Below, piece by piece: positions 10,061 to 21,735 of a stretch of DNA of 64,000 nucleotides. The stretch comes from Gammaproteobacteria bacterium (GTDB lineage: Bacteria; Pseudomonadota; Gammaproteobacteria; UBA4575): contig CBDCUI010000008.1 of the NCBI GenBank assembly GCA_965222615.1, positions 928,001 to 992,000 of the forward strand, read 5' to 3'. Position 1 is the first letter of the stretch. Every line of letters begins with the position of its first letter. Position numbers and translations under genes: made by a program. The notes beneath the pieces are model-generated. The model saw only the letters and a program-made list of their open reading frames with translations, searched no databases and was not told the origin of the DNA.

Positions 10061-10663
10061 ATGGCACTTGAGATCTTAAAAGATCTACGCAAACTTAATG
10101 TGCTTGTCGTGCATCCGAATGATGAGCAGGGTAATGATATTTGCCAGCATATTGAACGCATCGGATGTAACGTGAGAATGGTTTGGCCTTGTCCTAAACG
10201 TATTAAACCTAATACCGACGTAGTATTTCTGCAAACTCTTCAAGATCAACCATTTACACAAAAGCCCACCTGGCTGAAAGACGATAAAAATAGTCCCACG
10301 ATTATTGCAATTGTAGATTATGAAAATCCAACGGTTTTACAGACTGCCTATGAGGTAGGAGCCCATGCAATTCTAAATACACCTGTTCGACCATTTGGAC
10401 TATTGGCTAATTTGGTAATCGGAAGGACTCACTGGCGTAAAGAATTGGCACTGGTTTCAAGAGTTAAGAAACTCGAAACAAAAATTAGAAAGATTCATGC
10501 AGTTGAGCATGCAATTGCAATACTTGAGCGGGCAAATGATATTAGTCGTGAACAAGCCTATGAATTTATTAGAACCAAAGCAATGGAACGTCGTTTAACT
10601 ACCGAAGACGTTGCCCAAGAAATTGTCGCAGCCGATAAAGCTTTAGAAGTCAATGTTAAATAA
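10061..10663 (+). CDS. amiR: ANTAR antiterminator AmiR
   Basis: LKDLRKLNVLVVHP and VDYENPTVL pseudo-receiver, plus a C-terminal ANTAR helix bundle (EQAYEFIRTKAMERR). Confidence 0.88.
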   Translation: MALEILKDLRKLNVLVVHPNDEQGNDICQHIERIGCNVRMVWPCPKRIKPNTDVVFLQTLQDQPFTQKPTWLKDDKNSPTIIAIVDYENPTVLQTAYEVGAHAILNTPVRPFGLLANLVIGRTHWRKELALVSRVKKLETKIRKIHAVEHAIAILERANDISREQAYEFIRTKAMERRLTTEDVAQEIVAADKALEVNVK

Positions 10664-10719
10664 AGTTTCTGGAAAATTACTCTATATATTCATGAATATA
10701 TATAAGGGTTAATGAGCTC

Positions 10720-10748
10720 TTGACGTTTACTTGGATTTAGTCTAAAAA
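10720..10748 (+). promoter_or_regulatory. Candidate sigma70 promoter of amiE
   Basis: TTGACG-N17-TAAAAA about 40 nt upstream of the attenuator. Confidence 0.45.
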
Positions 10749-10785
10749 GTAAATAACACATCGCTATAAAATTAATTATTACATA

Positions 10786-10861
10786 GCAGGACCAATAACG
10801 CTCCTGCATGGTAGTTTGGGCAAAAAAGCCCTCAAGGAGAAGTTCCTTGAGGGCTTTTTTT
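10786..10861 (+). promoter_or_regulatory. ANTAR-type attenuator in the amiE leader
   Basis: P1 GCAGGA-CCAATAACGC-TCCTGC; P2 GGGC-AAAAAA-GCCC overlapping the terminator GCCCTCAAGGA-N5-TCCTTGAGGGC-T7. Confidence 0.82.
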
Positions 10862-11005
10862 ATGCGTGTGGAAAAAAAATTAGTTATGGAATGTTGGTTA
10901 AGGCCAAACAGGTTTGAAATAAAAATTTTATTCGTAATAAAACTGTCAATTTATTACCAATCTGTTCAGCGACATATGGTTATAAATAGACTAGGAGGAT
11001 AGATT

Positions 11006-12040
11006 ATGTATCACGGTGATATATCAAGTAGTAAAGATGCTGTAGGTGTTGCAGTAGTAAATTATAAAATGCCACGTCTACATACTAAAGCGGATGTTCT
11101 CGAGAATGCTCGCAACATTGCAAACATGATTGAGGGCATGAAAGTAGGCTTACCTGGAATGGACCTGGTCATTTTTCCTGAATATAGCACGCATGGAATT
11201 ATGTATGATGAAAAAGAGATGTATGAAACTGCATCAACTTGTCCAGGTGAAGAGACTGAAATTTTTGGTGAGGCATGTCGGAATGCAAAAGTTTGGGGAG
11301 TGTTTTCACTAACCGGTGAACGTCATGAAGACCACCCTAACAAAGCGCCGTATAACACACTGATTTTGATGAATGATAAAGGTGAGGTTGTACAAAAGTA
11401 CCGTAAAATAATGCCTTGGGTTCCGATAGAGGGCTGGTATCCGGGTAACTGCACCTATGTTTCAGAAGGTCCAAAAGGATTAAAAATTAGTTTAATCATT
11501 TGTGATGATGGCAACTATCCTGAAATTTGGCGTGATTGTGCAATGAAAGGTGCAGAATTAATTGTCCGTTGTCAGGGTTATATGTATCCGTCAAAAGACC
11601 AACAGATAATGGTGGCTAAGGCGATGGCATGGATGAATAACTGCTATGTTGCGGTGGCCAATGCTACTGGATTTGATGGCGTATATTCTTACTTTGGCTA
11701 TTCATCCATTATTGGATTCGATGGACGCACGCTTGGGGCGTGTGCTGAAGAGGATATGGGAGTTCAATATGCGAACTTATCTACTTCGCTCATCCGCGAC
11801 GCACGTAAAAATCAGCAATCTCAAAATCATCTGTTCAAACTTCTACATCGTGGTTACACAGGTAAAATCAATTCTGGTGAAGGTGATCAAGGTGTTGCAG
11901 AATGTCCCTATGATTTTTACAAGAAGTGGATTACTGATCCTGATGCAACCCGTGAAATGGTGGAATCCATTACTAGAACCACGGTTGGTACAGAAGAGTG
12001 TGAAATTGAGGGTATTCCAAACCCAAAAACACATCGTTAA
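11006..12040 (+). CDS. amiE: Aliphatic amidase AmiE
   Basis: [22 protein letters not shown], catalytic [31 protein letters not shown]; GGAGG RBS. Confidence 0.96.
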   Translation: MYHGDISSSKDAVGVAVVNYKMPRLHTKADVLENARNIANMIEGMKVGLPGMDLVIFPEYSTHGIMYDEKEMYETASTCPGEETEIFGEACRNAKVWGVFSLTGERHEDHPNKAPYNTLILMNDKGEVVQKYRKIMPWVPIEGWYPGNCTYVSEGPKGLKISLIICDDGNYPEIWRDCAMKGAELIVRCQGYMYPSKDQQIMVAKAMAWMNNCYVAVANATGFDGVYSYFGYSSIIGFDGRTLGACAEEDMGVQYANLSTSLIRDARKNQQSQNHLFKLLHRGYTGKINSGEGDQGVAECPYDFYKKWITDPDATREMVESITRTTVGTEECEIEGIPNPKTHR

Positions 12041-12050
12041 TTTTGTAACT

Positions 12051-12093
12051 GAAGTGAAGGCGAAGGCATCATGTGTGTCTTCGCCTTACTTTC
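12051..12093 (+). other. Stem-loop between amiE and the cbbQ-like gene
   Basis: AAGGCGAAGGCA...TGTCTTCGCCTT stem with only a short T tract after it; likely a stabiliser or leaky terminator. Confidence 0.55.
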
Positions 12094-12142
12094 CTGCGGG
12101 TTGGTGTAATATTCAATCCTATGAGTTTCTTGAGTATTTAGA

Positions 12143-12940
12143 ATGAATCTTGATAGCTACTTAATCACGGATGAGCCTTATTACTCGCCTACGCATAACG
12201 AGATTCAATTGTTTGAAGCGGCCTACGCAAGTCGTATGCCAATGATGCTGAAAGGTCCGACAGGATGTGGCAAAACTCGTTTTGTAGAATATATGGCATG
12301 GAAACTTAAAAAACCTCTTATTACGGTTTCTTGTCATGAAGATATGACAGCATCGGACTTGGTCGGCCGCTATTTGCTCGATGCGGATGGCACAGTTTGG
12401 CACGATGGGCCATTAACCTTAGCAGTGCGATATGGAGCAATTTGCTACTTAGATGAAATCGTAGAAGCCAGGCAAGATACAAGCGTTGTAATTCATTCGC
12501 TAACGGACGATCGTCGAATGCTGTCGCTGGAAAAGAAAAATGAGGTGGTAAAAGCAGATAAAGATTTTCAAATCGTTATATCGTATAACCCAGGTTACCA
12601 AAGTGTTTTAAAAGACCTAAAAGAGTCAACCAAACAGAGATTTGGCGCAATCGATTTTGATTATCCAAAACCCGAAGACGAGGCAAATATCATTGCACAT
12701 GAGTCTGGTGTCGATAAAAAGATTGCTATGAAACTTGTGCAAATCTCAGAACGATCAAGAAATTTAAAAGGACATGGTTTAGACGAAGGAGCATCTACAC
12801 GCATGTTAATTTATGCTGCCCAGCTTATCGCTCAAGGCGTTTCATTAGAGGAGGCTTGCGAAGTGGCTTTGGTTTTGCCAATTACTGATGATCACGACAT
12901 CCGAAATGCATTAACTTCAGCAATCGCTGCTACAGCGTGA
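12143..12940 (+). CDS. cbbQ: CbbQ/NirQ/NorQ family MoxR AAA+ ATPase
   Basis: [68 protein letters not shown]. Confidence 0.88.
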   Translation: MNLDSYLITDEPYYSPTHNEIQLFEAAYASRMPMMLKGPTGCGKTRFVEYMAWKLKKPLITVSCHEDMTASDLVGRYLLDADGTVWHDGPLTLAVRYGAICYLDEIVEARQDTSVVIHSLTDDRRMLSLEKKNEVVKADKDFQIVISYNPGYQSVLKDLKESTKQRFGAIDFDYPKPEDEANIIAHESGVDKKIAMKLVQISERSRNLKGHGLDEGASTRMLIYAAQLIAQGVSLEEACEVALVLPITDDHDIRNALTSAIAATA

Positions 12941-12950
12941 GGAAATAGTT

Positions 12951-15251
12951 TTGGTTGCGTCCACGACGCGAGGCAAATATGCGGTTTTCCCACGAAGTAA
13001 AGAATCGGATAGTTTTGATGCTGAATTAGCAGAACTGATTCAAGAAGGAAAATCTCATTTCTCTAAGCAATACTTCCCGCATTGGGAACGCGCTTGCCAC
13101 AAACTAGCCCATGCAGGTTATGGTAACTTAATTACTCTATCTTTTGTTCGTCACTCGCCTAAGTTAGTTAACTATATAAATCCTGAAGCAGCAATCAATT
13201 TAGCATCTACTGTTTCTCTTGCAGCAATTAAAGTTAACCGAGCGGCTCCAGAATTATTGCCTAAAGCTGCGGTAATAGCCGCACATGAATTACGATCAAC
13301 ATTAGCCTTCAACTCTTGGTTAGAAACAATAGAAGAGTTAATACGTGCTGCACCTGAATCAGTACTTGCTGTCTTAGAACGGACTCAAAAAATTCTTACT
13401 GCGTTAACACCACAGCAATTTAGATCGTGGGTGCTTGCCGGTTTGCGTTCGACTGGTGATGATACATTACGACAGATTCAATACTTTTCATTTATTGATC
13501 CTGAATCGGAAAAGTGGTTTCGCCATGAAGCTGGCGATCTGGTTTTTACAGATCTTGATAGGCGGTTAAAACTTTATCTAATTTCCCTATGGAACCTCAA
13601 TCCACCTATACGCGATCTTCCTCCTTCATCGTTACCACTATCGCTGAGGCGAATTTCAATTAGTAATGGGGTTGTGCAAATGCCGGAAGTGTTTCCGGGG
13701 TTTCATGGAGAACAAGCGGAAAATATCTTTAGAGCAGGCCTGGCACATGTGGGTGCGCATTTAATGCATTCAACTAAAAAATTTCCTTTAGGTGAGTTAA
13801 AACCTATCCAAGTCGCATTGGTATCGCTGCTAGAGGATGCGCGTGTAGAACATCTGGCGATGCAAACTTTTCCAGGTTTGCGTAAGCTTTGGTTACCATT
13901 TCATGTTGCAAAAGCAAGTGGACCGCTACTGGTGCCACATCTCTTTGCGCGACTATCGCGAGCACTGATCGATAACAATTATCAAGACCGCAATGCTTGG
14001 ATACAAAAAGCCAAGGATATGTTTTTTGATCCTGCCAATGATATGACTAATCCAGCAATGTGCAGAAAAATAGGCGTACTTTTAGGTAATGATTTAGGGC
14101 AGTTACGTGCACAATTTAATGTTAAAACTTATGTTATAGAACCACCATATCGAGATGACAATATGGGGCTATGGGAGTTTGGAGATTATCAAGGCGAAGA
14201 ACAAGATAATGATGGAATTTTTATCGAAGCCATGCGTATGGAGCAGGCAGAAGAAGATAGTTCATCACCAGATCAAGATCGAAAAGAAAGTGATGAGCAA
14301 AGTGAGCAACAATATCATGCGCGAGAGAGCTCTGACCAAGAAAGCCGTGAATCAGATGTAGCAGCTCGTTACCCAGAATTTGATTATCTCACTGGCTCTG
14401 AACGTCCAAACTGGACATGTGTCGTGGAATATTTTCCCGATTTTGGTGACGCCACTAAAATCGATAGAATTTTAGAGACACATTATGATTTAGTGACTCG
14501 TATCACGCGTCTCATTCAAGCCGCAAAAGTAAGTTTACCAGAACGTTTGCATCACCAAAGTGTTGGAGAATCATTGGATTTAGATGCATGCATCAGTGCA
14601 GTTGTCAGTCGAAGAATGGGTGAGATACCTGACCCAAGAATATATAGCACTACTGAACGTAAGCATCGTGACCTTTCTGTTTTGGTATTATTAGATATTT
14701 CTAATTCAACGAATGATCGTGTTGAAAAAGCAGGCGCCACTGTTCTTGAGCTTGAAATTCAAGCTACCAGTCTATTAACTTATGCGATGTCTGAGTTAAA
14801 TGACCCTTTTGCTATCTCCGCATTTTGCTCAGATGGAAAAGAAGATGTTCATTACTATCGTATTAAAAACTTTAACTCACCATACGATTCGACAGCACGT
14901 GCTTATTTAGCTGGATTACGTGGTAAATTATCTACGCGTATTGGTGCTGCGATGCGGCATGCAACGAATGATTTAATTACACAACGAACTCATAGAAGAC
15001 TTTTATTAGTGATATCCGATGGAGAGCCCTCGGATATTGATGTTAAAGATAAAAAATATTTGGTTGAAGATGCCCGTAAAGTAGTTCGATCGATATCACA
15101 CTTAGGAATCGATACTTTTTGTGTTGGTTTAGATTCAGGTGGCGATAATTATCTAAATAAAATTTTTGGAAGAAAAAATGTAGCGGTAATAGATAATATA
15201 GATCGCTTGCCAGAGCGATTGCCTATGCTTTATCTTCGTTTAACAGCGTAA
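12951..15251 (+). CDS. cbbO: CbbO/NorD family vWA-domain adaptor
   Basis: 766 aa; EDARVE, FPGLRKLW, YRDDN, YPEFDY; C-terminal vWA with MIDAS DISNS...STRIG...SDGEP; follows cbbQ. Confidence 0.85.
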   Translation: MVASTTRGKYAVFPRSKESDSFDAELAELIQEGKSHFSKQYFPHWERACHKLAHAGYGNLITLSFVRHSPKLVNYINPEAAINLASTVSLAAIKVNRAAPELLPKAAVIAAHELRSTLAFNSWLETIEELIRAAPESVLAVLERTQKILTALTPQQFRSWVLAGLRSTGDDTLRQIQYFSFIDPESEKWFRHEAGDLVFTDLDRRLKLYLISLWNLNPPIRDLPPSSLPLSLRRISISNGVVQMPEVFPGFHGEQAENIFRAGLAHVGAHLMHSTKKFPLGELKPIQVALVSLLEDARVEHLAMQTFPGLRKLWLPFHVAKASGPLLVPHLFARLSRALIDNNYQDRNAWIQKAKDMFFDPANDMTNPAMCRKIGVLLGNDLGQLRAQFNVKTYVIEPPYRDDNMGLWEFGDYQGEEQDNDGIFIEAMRMEQAEEDSSSPDQDRKESDEQSEQQYHARESSDQESRESDVAARYPEFDYLTGSERPNWTCVVEYFPDFGDATKIDRILETHYDLVTRITRLIQAAKVSLPERLHHQSVGESLDLDACISAVVSRRMGEIPDPRIYSTTERKHRDLSVLVLLDISNSTNDRVEKAGATVLELEIQATSLLTYAMSELNDPFAISAFCSDGKEDVHYYRIKNFNSPYDSTARAYLAGLRGKLSTRIGAAMRHATNDLITQRTHRRLLLVISDGEPSDIDVKDKKYLVEDARKVVRSISHLGIDTFCVGLDSGGDNYLNKIFGRKNVAVIDNIDRLPERLPMLYLRLTA

Positions 15252-15292
15252 AATTGAGAATTATAAAAAGTAGAAATGCGGAGGATTGATAA

Positions 15293-17230
15293 ATGACTTC
15301 AGATAAAACCTACCCTGTCCCGCAAGCATGCGCCTCGAAGGCTCATATCGATGCGGCGCGCTACGAAACAATGTATCGTCAATCGATCGAAAACCCGAGT
15401 GAGTTTTGGGCCGCACAGGCCGAGAAGTTTGTCAGTTGGTATAGAAAGTGGGATCAAGTCTTAGATTGGGACTATCATACTGGTCGCATTCGTTGGTTTG
15501 ACGGTGCGAGTCTGAATGTTTCCTACAATTGCATCGATCGTCACCTTGAGACTCGCGGAGAACAAACCGCTATCATCTGGGAAGGCGATGATCCCAGTAA
15601 AGACCAGCACATTACCTATCGAGAACTACATCAAGAAGTAAGTAAATTCGCGAATGTATTAAAGTCTCGTGGTGTACAAAAAGGCGATCGTGTATGCATC
15701 TATATGCCGATGATTCCCGAAGCGGCGTATGCGATGTTGGCGTGTACACGCATTGGAGCAGTACATTCCGTAGTGTTTGGTGGGTTTTCTCCGGATTCCT
15801 TACGTGATCGTATTTTAGATTCCGACTGTCGCACTGTGATCACAGCGGATGAAGGCGTGCGTGGGGGCAAGAAAGTCCCGCTAAAAGCCAATACCGATAT
15901 CGCTTTGCAAGAATGTCCCAATGTCAGCACGGTGGTTGTTGTGCAGCGTACTGGTGGTGAGATTAATTGGGATGTAGATCGTGACGTTTGGTATCACGAA
16001 GCTATGCAAGGAGTGAGTGCAGAATGTGCGCCCGAACCCATGGATGCCGAGGATCCGCTATTTATTCTCTATACCTCCGGTTCTACTGGCAAACCTAAAG
16101 GCGTGCTGCATACTACTGCAGGTTATCTTTTATATGCGGCCATCACACATAAATACGTATTTGATTATCATGAAGGTGAAGTCTATTGGTGTACCGCCGA
16201 CGTGGGTTGGGTCACAGGTCATACCTATATCGTATATGGCCCCTTATGCAATGGCGCTATCACCATGATGTTTGAAGGTGTGCCCAACTACCCGGATGGT
16301 AGTCGTTTTTGGCAAGTCTGTGATAAACACAATGTTGCAAGTTTCTATACCGCGCCAACCGCGATCCGTGCCTTAATGAGTTTGGGTGATGATGTGGTTA
16401 AAAAAACCAGTCGCAACAGTTTGCGCATTCTTGGTACGGTAGGTGAACCGATTAATCCTGAGGCATGGGAGTGGTACTATCACGTGGTTGGAGATGGGCG
16501 CTGCCCGATTGTCGATACCTGGTGGCAGACCGAGACCGGTGGACATCTGATTACTCCATTACCGGGCGCCACTGATCTTAAACCGGGCTCAGCGAGCAAA
16601 CCGTTCTTTGGGATCCAACCGGCGATTGTCGATGAGCAAGGCCAGGAATTGGAAGGCGAATGTCAGGGCAACCTAGTCATGAAACACCCTTGGCCAGGAC
16701 AGATGCGTAGCGTGTATGGGGATCATCAGCGCTTTATTGATACCTACTTTTCACAATACCCGGGGCTGTACTTTAGTGGTGACGGCTGTCGACGTGATGC
16801 CGATGGCTATTATTGGATTACCGGACGCGTAGATGACGTACTCAATATCTCGGGACATCGTTTGGGTACCGCGGAAGTGGAGAGTGCCTTAGTGTTGCAT
16901 GAAAAAGTGGCGGAAGCGGCCGTCGTCGGGTATCCGCATGAGATCAAAGGTCAAGGCATTTATGCCTATGTCACGCCGATGGCCGGCATTGAAACCAGTG
17001 AGGCACTCAAAGACGAATTGATCCAATTGGTGCGCAAAGAAATTGGACCTTTTGCCAAACCGGATGTGATTCAGTGGGCGCCAGGTTTGCCAAAGACACG
17101 TTCGGGTAAAATTATGCGACGTATTCTACGCAAAGTGGCCGAGAACGATATGGATAATTTAGGCGATACCACTACCCTTGCGGATCCTTCGGTAGTTCAA
17201 GAGATTGTTGCCAATCGAGTTAATGTATAA
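15293..17230 (+). CDS. acs: Acetyl-CoA synthetase
   Basis: [37 protein letters not shown]. Confidence 0.97.
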   Translation: MTSDKTYPVPQACASKAHIDAARYETMYRQSIENPSEFWAAQAEKFVSWYRKWDQVLDWDYHTGRIRWFDGASLNVSYNCIDRHLETRGEQTAIIWEGDDPSKDQHITYRELHQEVSKFANVLKSRGVQKGDRVCIYMPMIPEAAYAMLACTRIGAVHSVVFGGFSPDSLRDRILDSDCRTVITADEGVRGGKKVPLKANTDIALQECPNVSTVVVVQRTGGEINWDVDRDVWYHEAMQGVSAECAPEPMDAEDPLFILYTSGSTGKPKGVLHTTAGYLLYAAITHKYVFDYHEGEVYWCTADVGWVTGHTYIVYGPLCNGAITMMFEGVPNYPDGSRFWQVCDKHNVASFYTAPTAIRALMSLGDDVVKKTSRNSLRILGTVGEPINPEAWEWYYHVVGDGRCPIVDTWWQTETGGHLITPLPGATDLKPGSASKPFFGIQPAIVDEQGQELEGECQGNLVMKHPWPGQMRSVYGDHQRFIDTYFSQYPGLYFSGDGCRRDADGYYWITGRVDDVLNISGHRLGTAEVESALVLHEKVAEAAVVGYPHEIKGQGIYAYVTPMAGIETSEALKDELIQLVRKEIGPFAKPDVIQWAPGLPKTRSGKIMRRILRKVAENDMDNLGDTTTLADPSVVQEIVANRVNV

Positions 17231-17392
17231 AGGTGTATTCAATATCTAAGTCTTTATAATTTATAGGGATTTTCATGAAAGGCAGTATTACCATTCATCG
17301 CTGTTTTTATACCGTATAGCCCCAAACGTGTAATTTAGCTGCAGTAGTTTGTTATTTCTATAGTATTGGTAGGGAGTTGGAGTTACCGAGTC

Positions 17393-17986
17393 ATGGAAGT
17401 TATTGACTCTATCTTATCTGTTTCGTATTTAAAGCTTGGGGTGATATTAATTGCCTTCTTATTATTTGTTTTGTGGGCATATCGAGTCAGTCAAAGAATT
17501 CGGCATAATTATAAGCTTGTTCAGCAGCGCAAAGCCGAGCAAAAAAGAATTCAAGAACTACGTAATCATTTCCAACATGACATTTCTACCTTCGTCAAAT
17601 CATATAGAAGTGACATCTCTACCAAACTGGAAAAAGGCAAAGTAGAAAATGGTTTATTTGTATTTTGGAGTGGTGCGGATAATATTCTTAAAGAATTTAT
17701 AAGTGATACATCAAATATAAATAGGTTGCCTAATAGAGAAGAAAGAGTTGCGATACGAAGTTTTTATACTGAAGCAAAATCATTAGTTGATGGGATACTA
17801 TATAACAACTATTTGTTAAAAAAATATCAATACTTGCGTTGCAAGATCAAGACAACAACAGCCACATCGGCAGAAATTGATGAAGTGGGTACCATAACGG
17901 AACAAATGTCATTACTAGGCACACAGTTACAACAACAACATCATGAATTGTTATCTAGTCTTCGAGCAGCAAAATCATATTTTTAG
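17393..17986 (+). CDS. Hypothetical membrane-anchored coiled-coil protein
   Basis: One TM segment followed by a helical region; start uncertain (17366 or 17393). Confidence 0.55.
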   Translation: MEVIDSILSVSYLKLGVILIAFLLFVLWAYRVSQRIRHNYKLVQQRKAEQKRIQELRNHFQHDISTFVKSYRSDISTKLEKGKVENGLFVFWSGADNILKEFISDTSNINRLPNREERVAIRSFYTEAKSLVDGILYNNYLLKKYQYLRCKIKTTTATSAEIDEVGTITEQMSLLGTQLQQQHHELLSSLRAAKSYF

Positions 17987-18012
17987 TACTATCTAAATAT
18001 AAAATCCTATAT

Positions 18013-19473
18013 TTATTTGAATGTTTCACGTCTTTTGCGTGATTCTCGTAATTGATTTTTTTTTGCTTCAATGCGGGCTTTTGAGTTCGAATCAATTCCT
18101 GGTGACCTTAGTGATAATTGAATTTGTTCCATTGCAGAACCATATTGACCATGTGCAGCATAAAAGTCACTTAGCGACTCATGACTGCGCCAAGGCATAT
18201 TCGCTTCACTAGCTGCTTTTGCTTTAAGTTTGTCAATAGCGGGATTTTGTTGCGAACGGTGATCAAGCTTGTCAAGTTTTTGTAACGCTAGTCGTGCTTG
18301 ATTTTCTTCAATTAGGCTAGTTGCTAAGTAATAAACTACGGGCAAATTATTTGGATAAACTTGATCTAAGGACTCTAAAGACATTTTTGCTTTTTGAGTT
18401 TGACCTGCCGCTATATTGATTTGTGCTTCAGCAAGCTTAATAGTCAATTCATTATCAGCATTAATGGCGATTTTTTGTAAACGCCTTAGAGCTTGCCCGT
18501 TTTTACCTGCGCGGCTTAATGCAATAGCATATGTGTAGTGATCTTGGTCATTTAATTTATCAGGTGAGTTAATTTTTTTTCTGTAGTAGTCAATCATTTG
18601 GGTGGGATTTGATGTGATTGCAATAGTCCGTGCGCGAGCATAATTAAAATGACTGGTGTTTGAAGTAAATGATCCCCGATATTGGGTTGCGCGAGTTTTA
18701 GATTCACTAATACGATTTTGCGTTAATGGGTGTGAACTTAGGAATTCAGGAATCTCACCACGATTCAATTGAGTATGTCTGCTTAAACGTTCAAAAAAGG
18801 TAGGCATTCCTTGTGGATCAATGTTTGCACGCACGAGTAATTGCATGCCCACACGGTCAGCTTCTTGCTCAAAACTTCTTGAATACGCAAGTTGTGCGTC
18901 TTGGATGCCTGCTTGCGTGGAAATGATTGCTGCTTGTCCAAGTTCACTGCTGTACGCTGCAGCAAGAATTGATCCTAAAAGTGTAAGTGCAGAAATTACG
19001 CTGAGAGATTTTGCATTGGCAAAATTACGTGCAATATGGCGTTGAGTAACGTGGGCTATTTCATGTGCGAACACACTTGCTACTTCACTTTCTTGTCGAC
19101 TGAGTGTTAATAAACCACTATTGATCGCAATAATACCTCCAGGCAATGCAAACGCGTTTATATCGGGGTTAAATATCAACAGAAACGTAAATGGGAAATT
19201 AGAGTCAATACCTCCCGAGGTAATTCGTGTCCCCAGTGAGTGAATATATTGATTAAGTTCTGGATCATTAGAGACGGATAAGTGTCCACGTACTTCTGCA
19301 ATTAAGATACGGCCAAGTTCTATTTCTTTAGCTGGGCTTAGCTCTGCGCTTGCAGGGCCACCGATATCAGGAAGATTACTTTCTGCAAAAGAGTTTAATG
19401 GTAAATTTAAAAGTAGCACGCACAAAACTGTGTAGATAGTGTATTTAAATTTGTAAAGTGCGTTTTTTTGCAT
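18013..19473 (-). CDS. bepA: M48 metalloprotease with TPR-like C-terminus (BepA/YfgC)
   Basis: LPDIG, INAFALPGG, HEIAH, YSRSFEQEADRVG, EFLSSHP; divergent from tusA. Confidence 0.88.
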   Translation of the reverse strand: MQKNALYKFKYTIYTVLCVLLLNLPLNSFAESNLPDIGGPASAELSPAKEIELGRILIAEVRGHLSVSNDPELNQYIHSLGTRITSGGIDSNFPFTFLLIFNPDINAFALPGGIIAINSGLLTLSRQESEVASVFAHEIAHVTQRHIARNFANAKSLSVISALTLLGSILAAAYSSELGQAAIISTQAGIQDAQLAYSRSFEQEADRVGMQLLVRANIDPQGMPTFFERLSRHTQLNRGEIPEFLSSHPLTQNRISESKTRATQYRGSFTSNTSHFNYARARTIAITSNPTQMIDYYRKKINSPDKLNDQDHYTYAIALSRAGKNGQALRRLQKIAINADNELTIKLAEAQINIAAGQTQKAKMSLESLDQVYPNNLPVVYYLATSLIEENQARLALQKLDKLDHRSQQNPAIDKLKAKAASEANMPWRSHESLSDFYAAHGQYGSAMEQIQLSLRSPGIDSNSKARIEAKKNQLRESRKRRETFK

Positions 19474-19704
19474 ACAGTATATGACTAACAGGTCAGTAAA
19501 ATGTTTACACTATTGTAGCGAGTATTTTGAACTAGCTACGTAAGTTACTATATGTAGGCGATATCCACATCTTTCATGTGGGAACTATCCTTCGATTATG
19601 ACTACTCCATATTAAAATATTATGATATTATAATATTTATTGTGCTTTTAGGAATTATGCCCTATAAGCTTATTTGAAAAGATATTAGTTAAGGAGTTGA
19701 GTTA

Positions 19705-19935
19705 ATGGCTGAGTTTGATCAAGAGTTAGATGCTTGTGGATTAAATTGCCCACTTCCAATTTTGCGGGCCAAAAAGGCTTTATCTGGTATGGATTCCGGT
19801 AAGGTGTTGCATATTATTGCAACGGATCCAGGCTCCGTTAAAGATTTTGAAGCATTCTCGAAGCAAACTGGAAACGAACTTTTAGATTCTAATGAAGACG
19901 ACGGGAAATTTTACTTCCGCATCCAAAAGAAATAA
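19705..19935 (+). CDS. tusA: Sulfurtransferase TusA family protein
   Basis: LDACGLNCPLPIL and ATDPGS motifs. Confidence 0.88.
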   Translation: MAEFDQELDACGLNCPLPILRAKKALSGMDSGKVLHIIATDPGSVKDFEAFSKQTGNELLDSNEDDGKFYFRIQKK

Positions 19936-20101
19936 TAAAAAATTAGATTAGTGGCATACTAATAATAATAAATCACTATTTAAAAAAACCTTTATAACTA
20001 GTGTTTTGACCTCACAGTGCAAACCTTCATGACTAGAAGGTGTGTTTGGTTTGCGCTGTATTTTAGTTTATTAAATAAGACTTTGGTTTTTGATCAAGCT
20101 A

Positions 20102-21654
<1,553 letters not shown>

Positions 21655-21735
21655 CTTCGATTACTTATGACTGTGCCATAAGTATTTTGAGACGTTTTTT
21701 AACTACATACCAGAATAAATCAGAGTTTCCCAAGC

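Noticed and set aside
10808-11002. 64-aa ORF upstream of amiE as a leader peptide
   Set aside because: It runs through the P2/terminator structure, has no clear RBS and no recognisable motif; the RNA structure explains the region.
12143-15251. Calling the pair norQ/norD, or evidence of carbon fixation or denitrification
   Set aside because: No rbcL/cbbM, norCB or nirS in the window; the motifs look closer to CbbQ/CbbO but do not establish either pathway.
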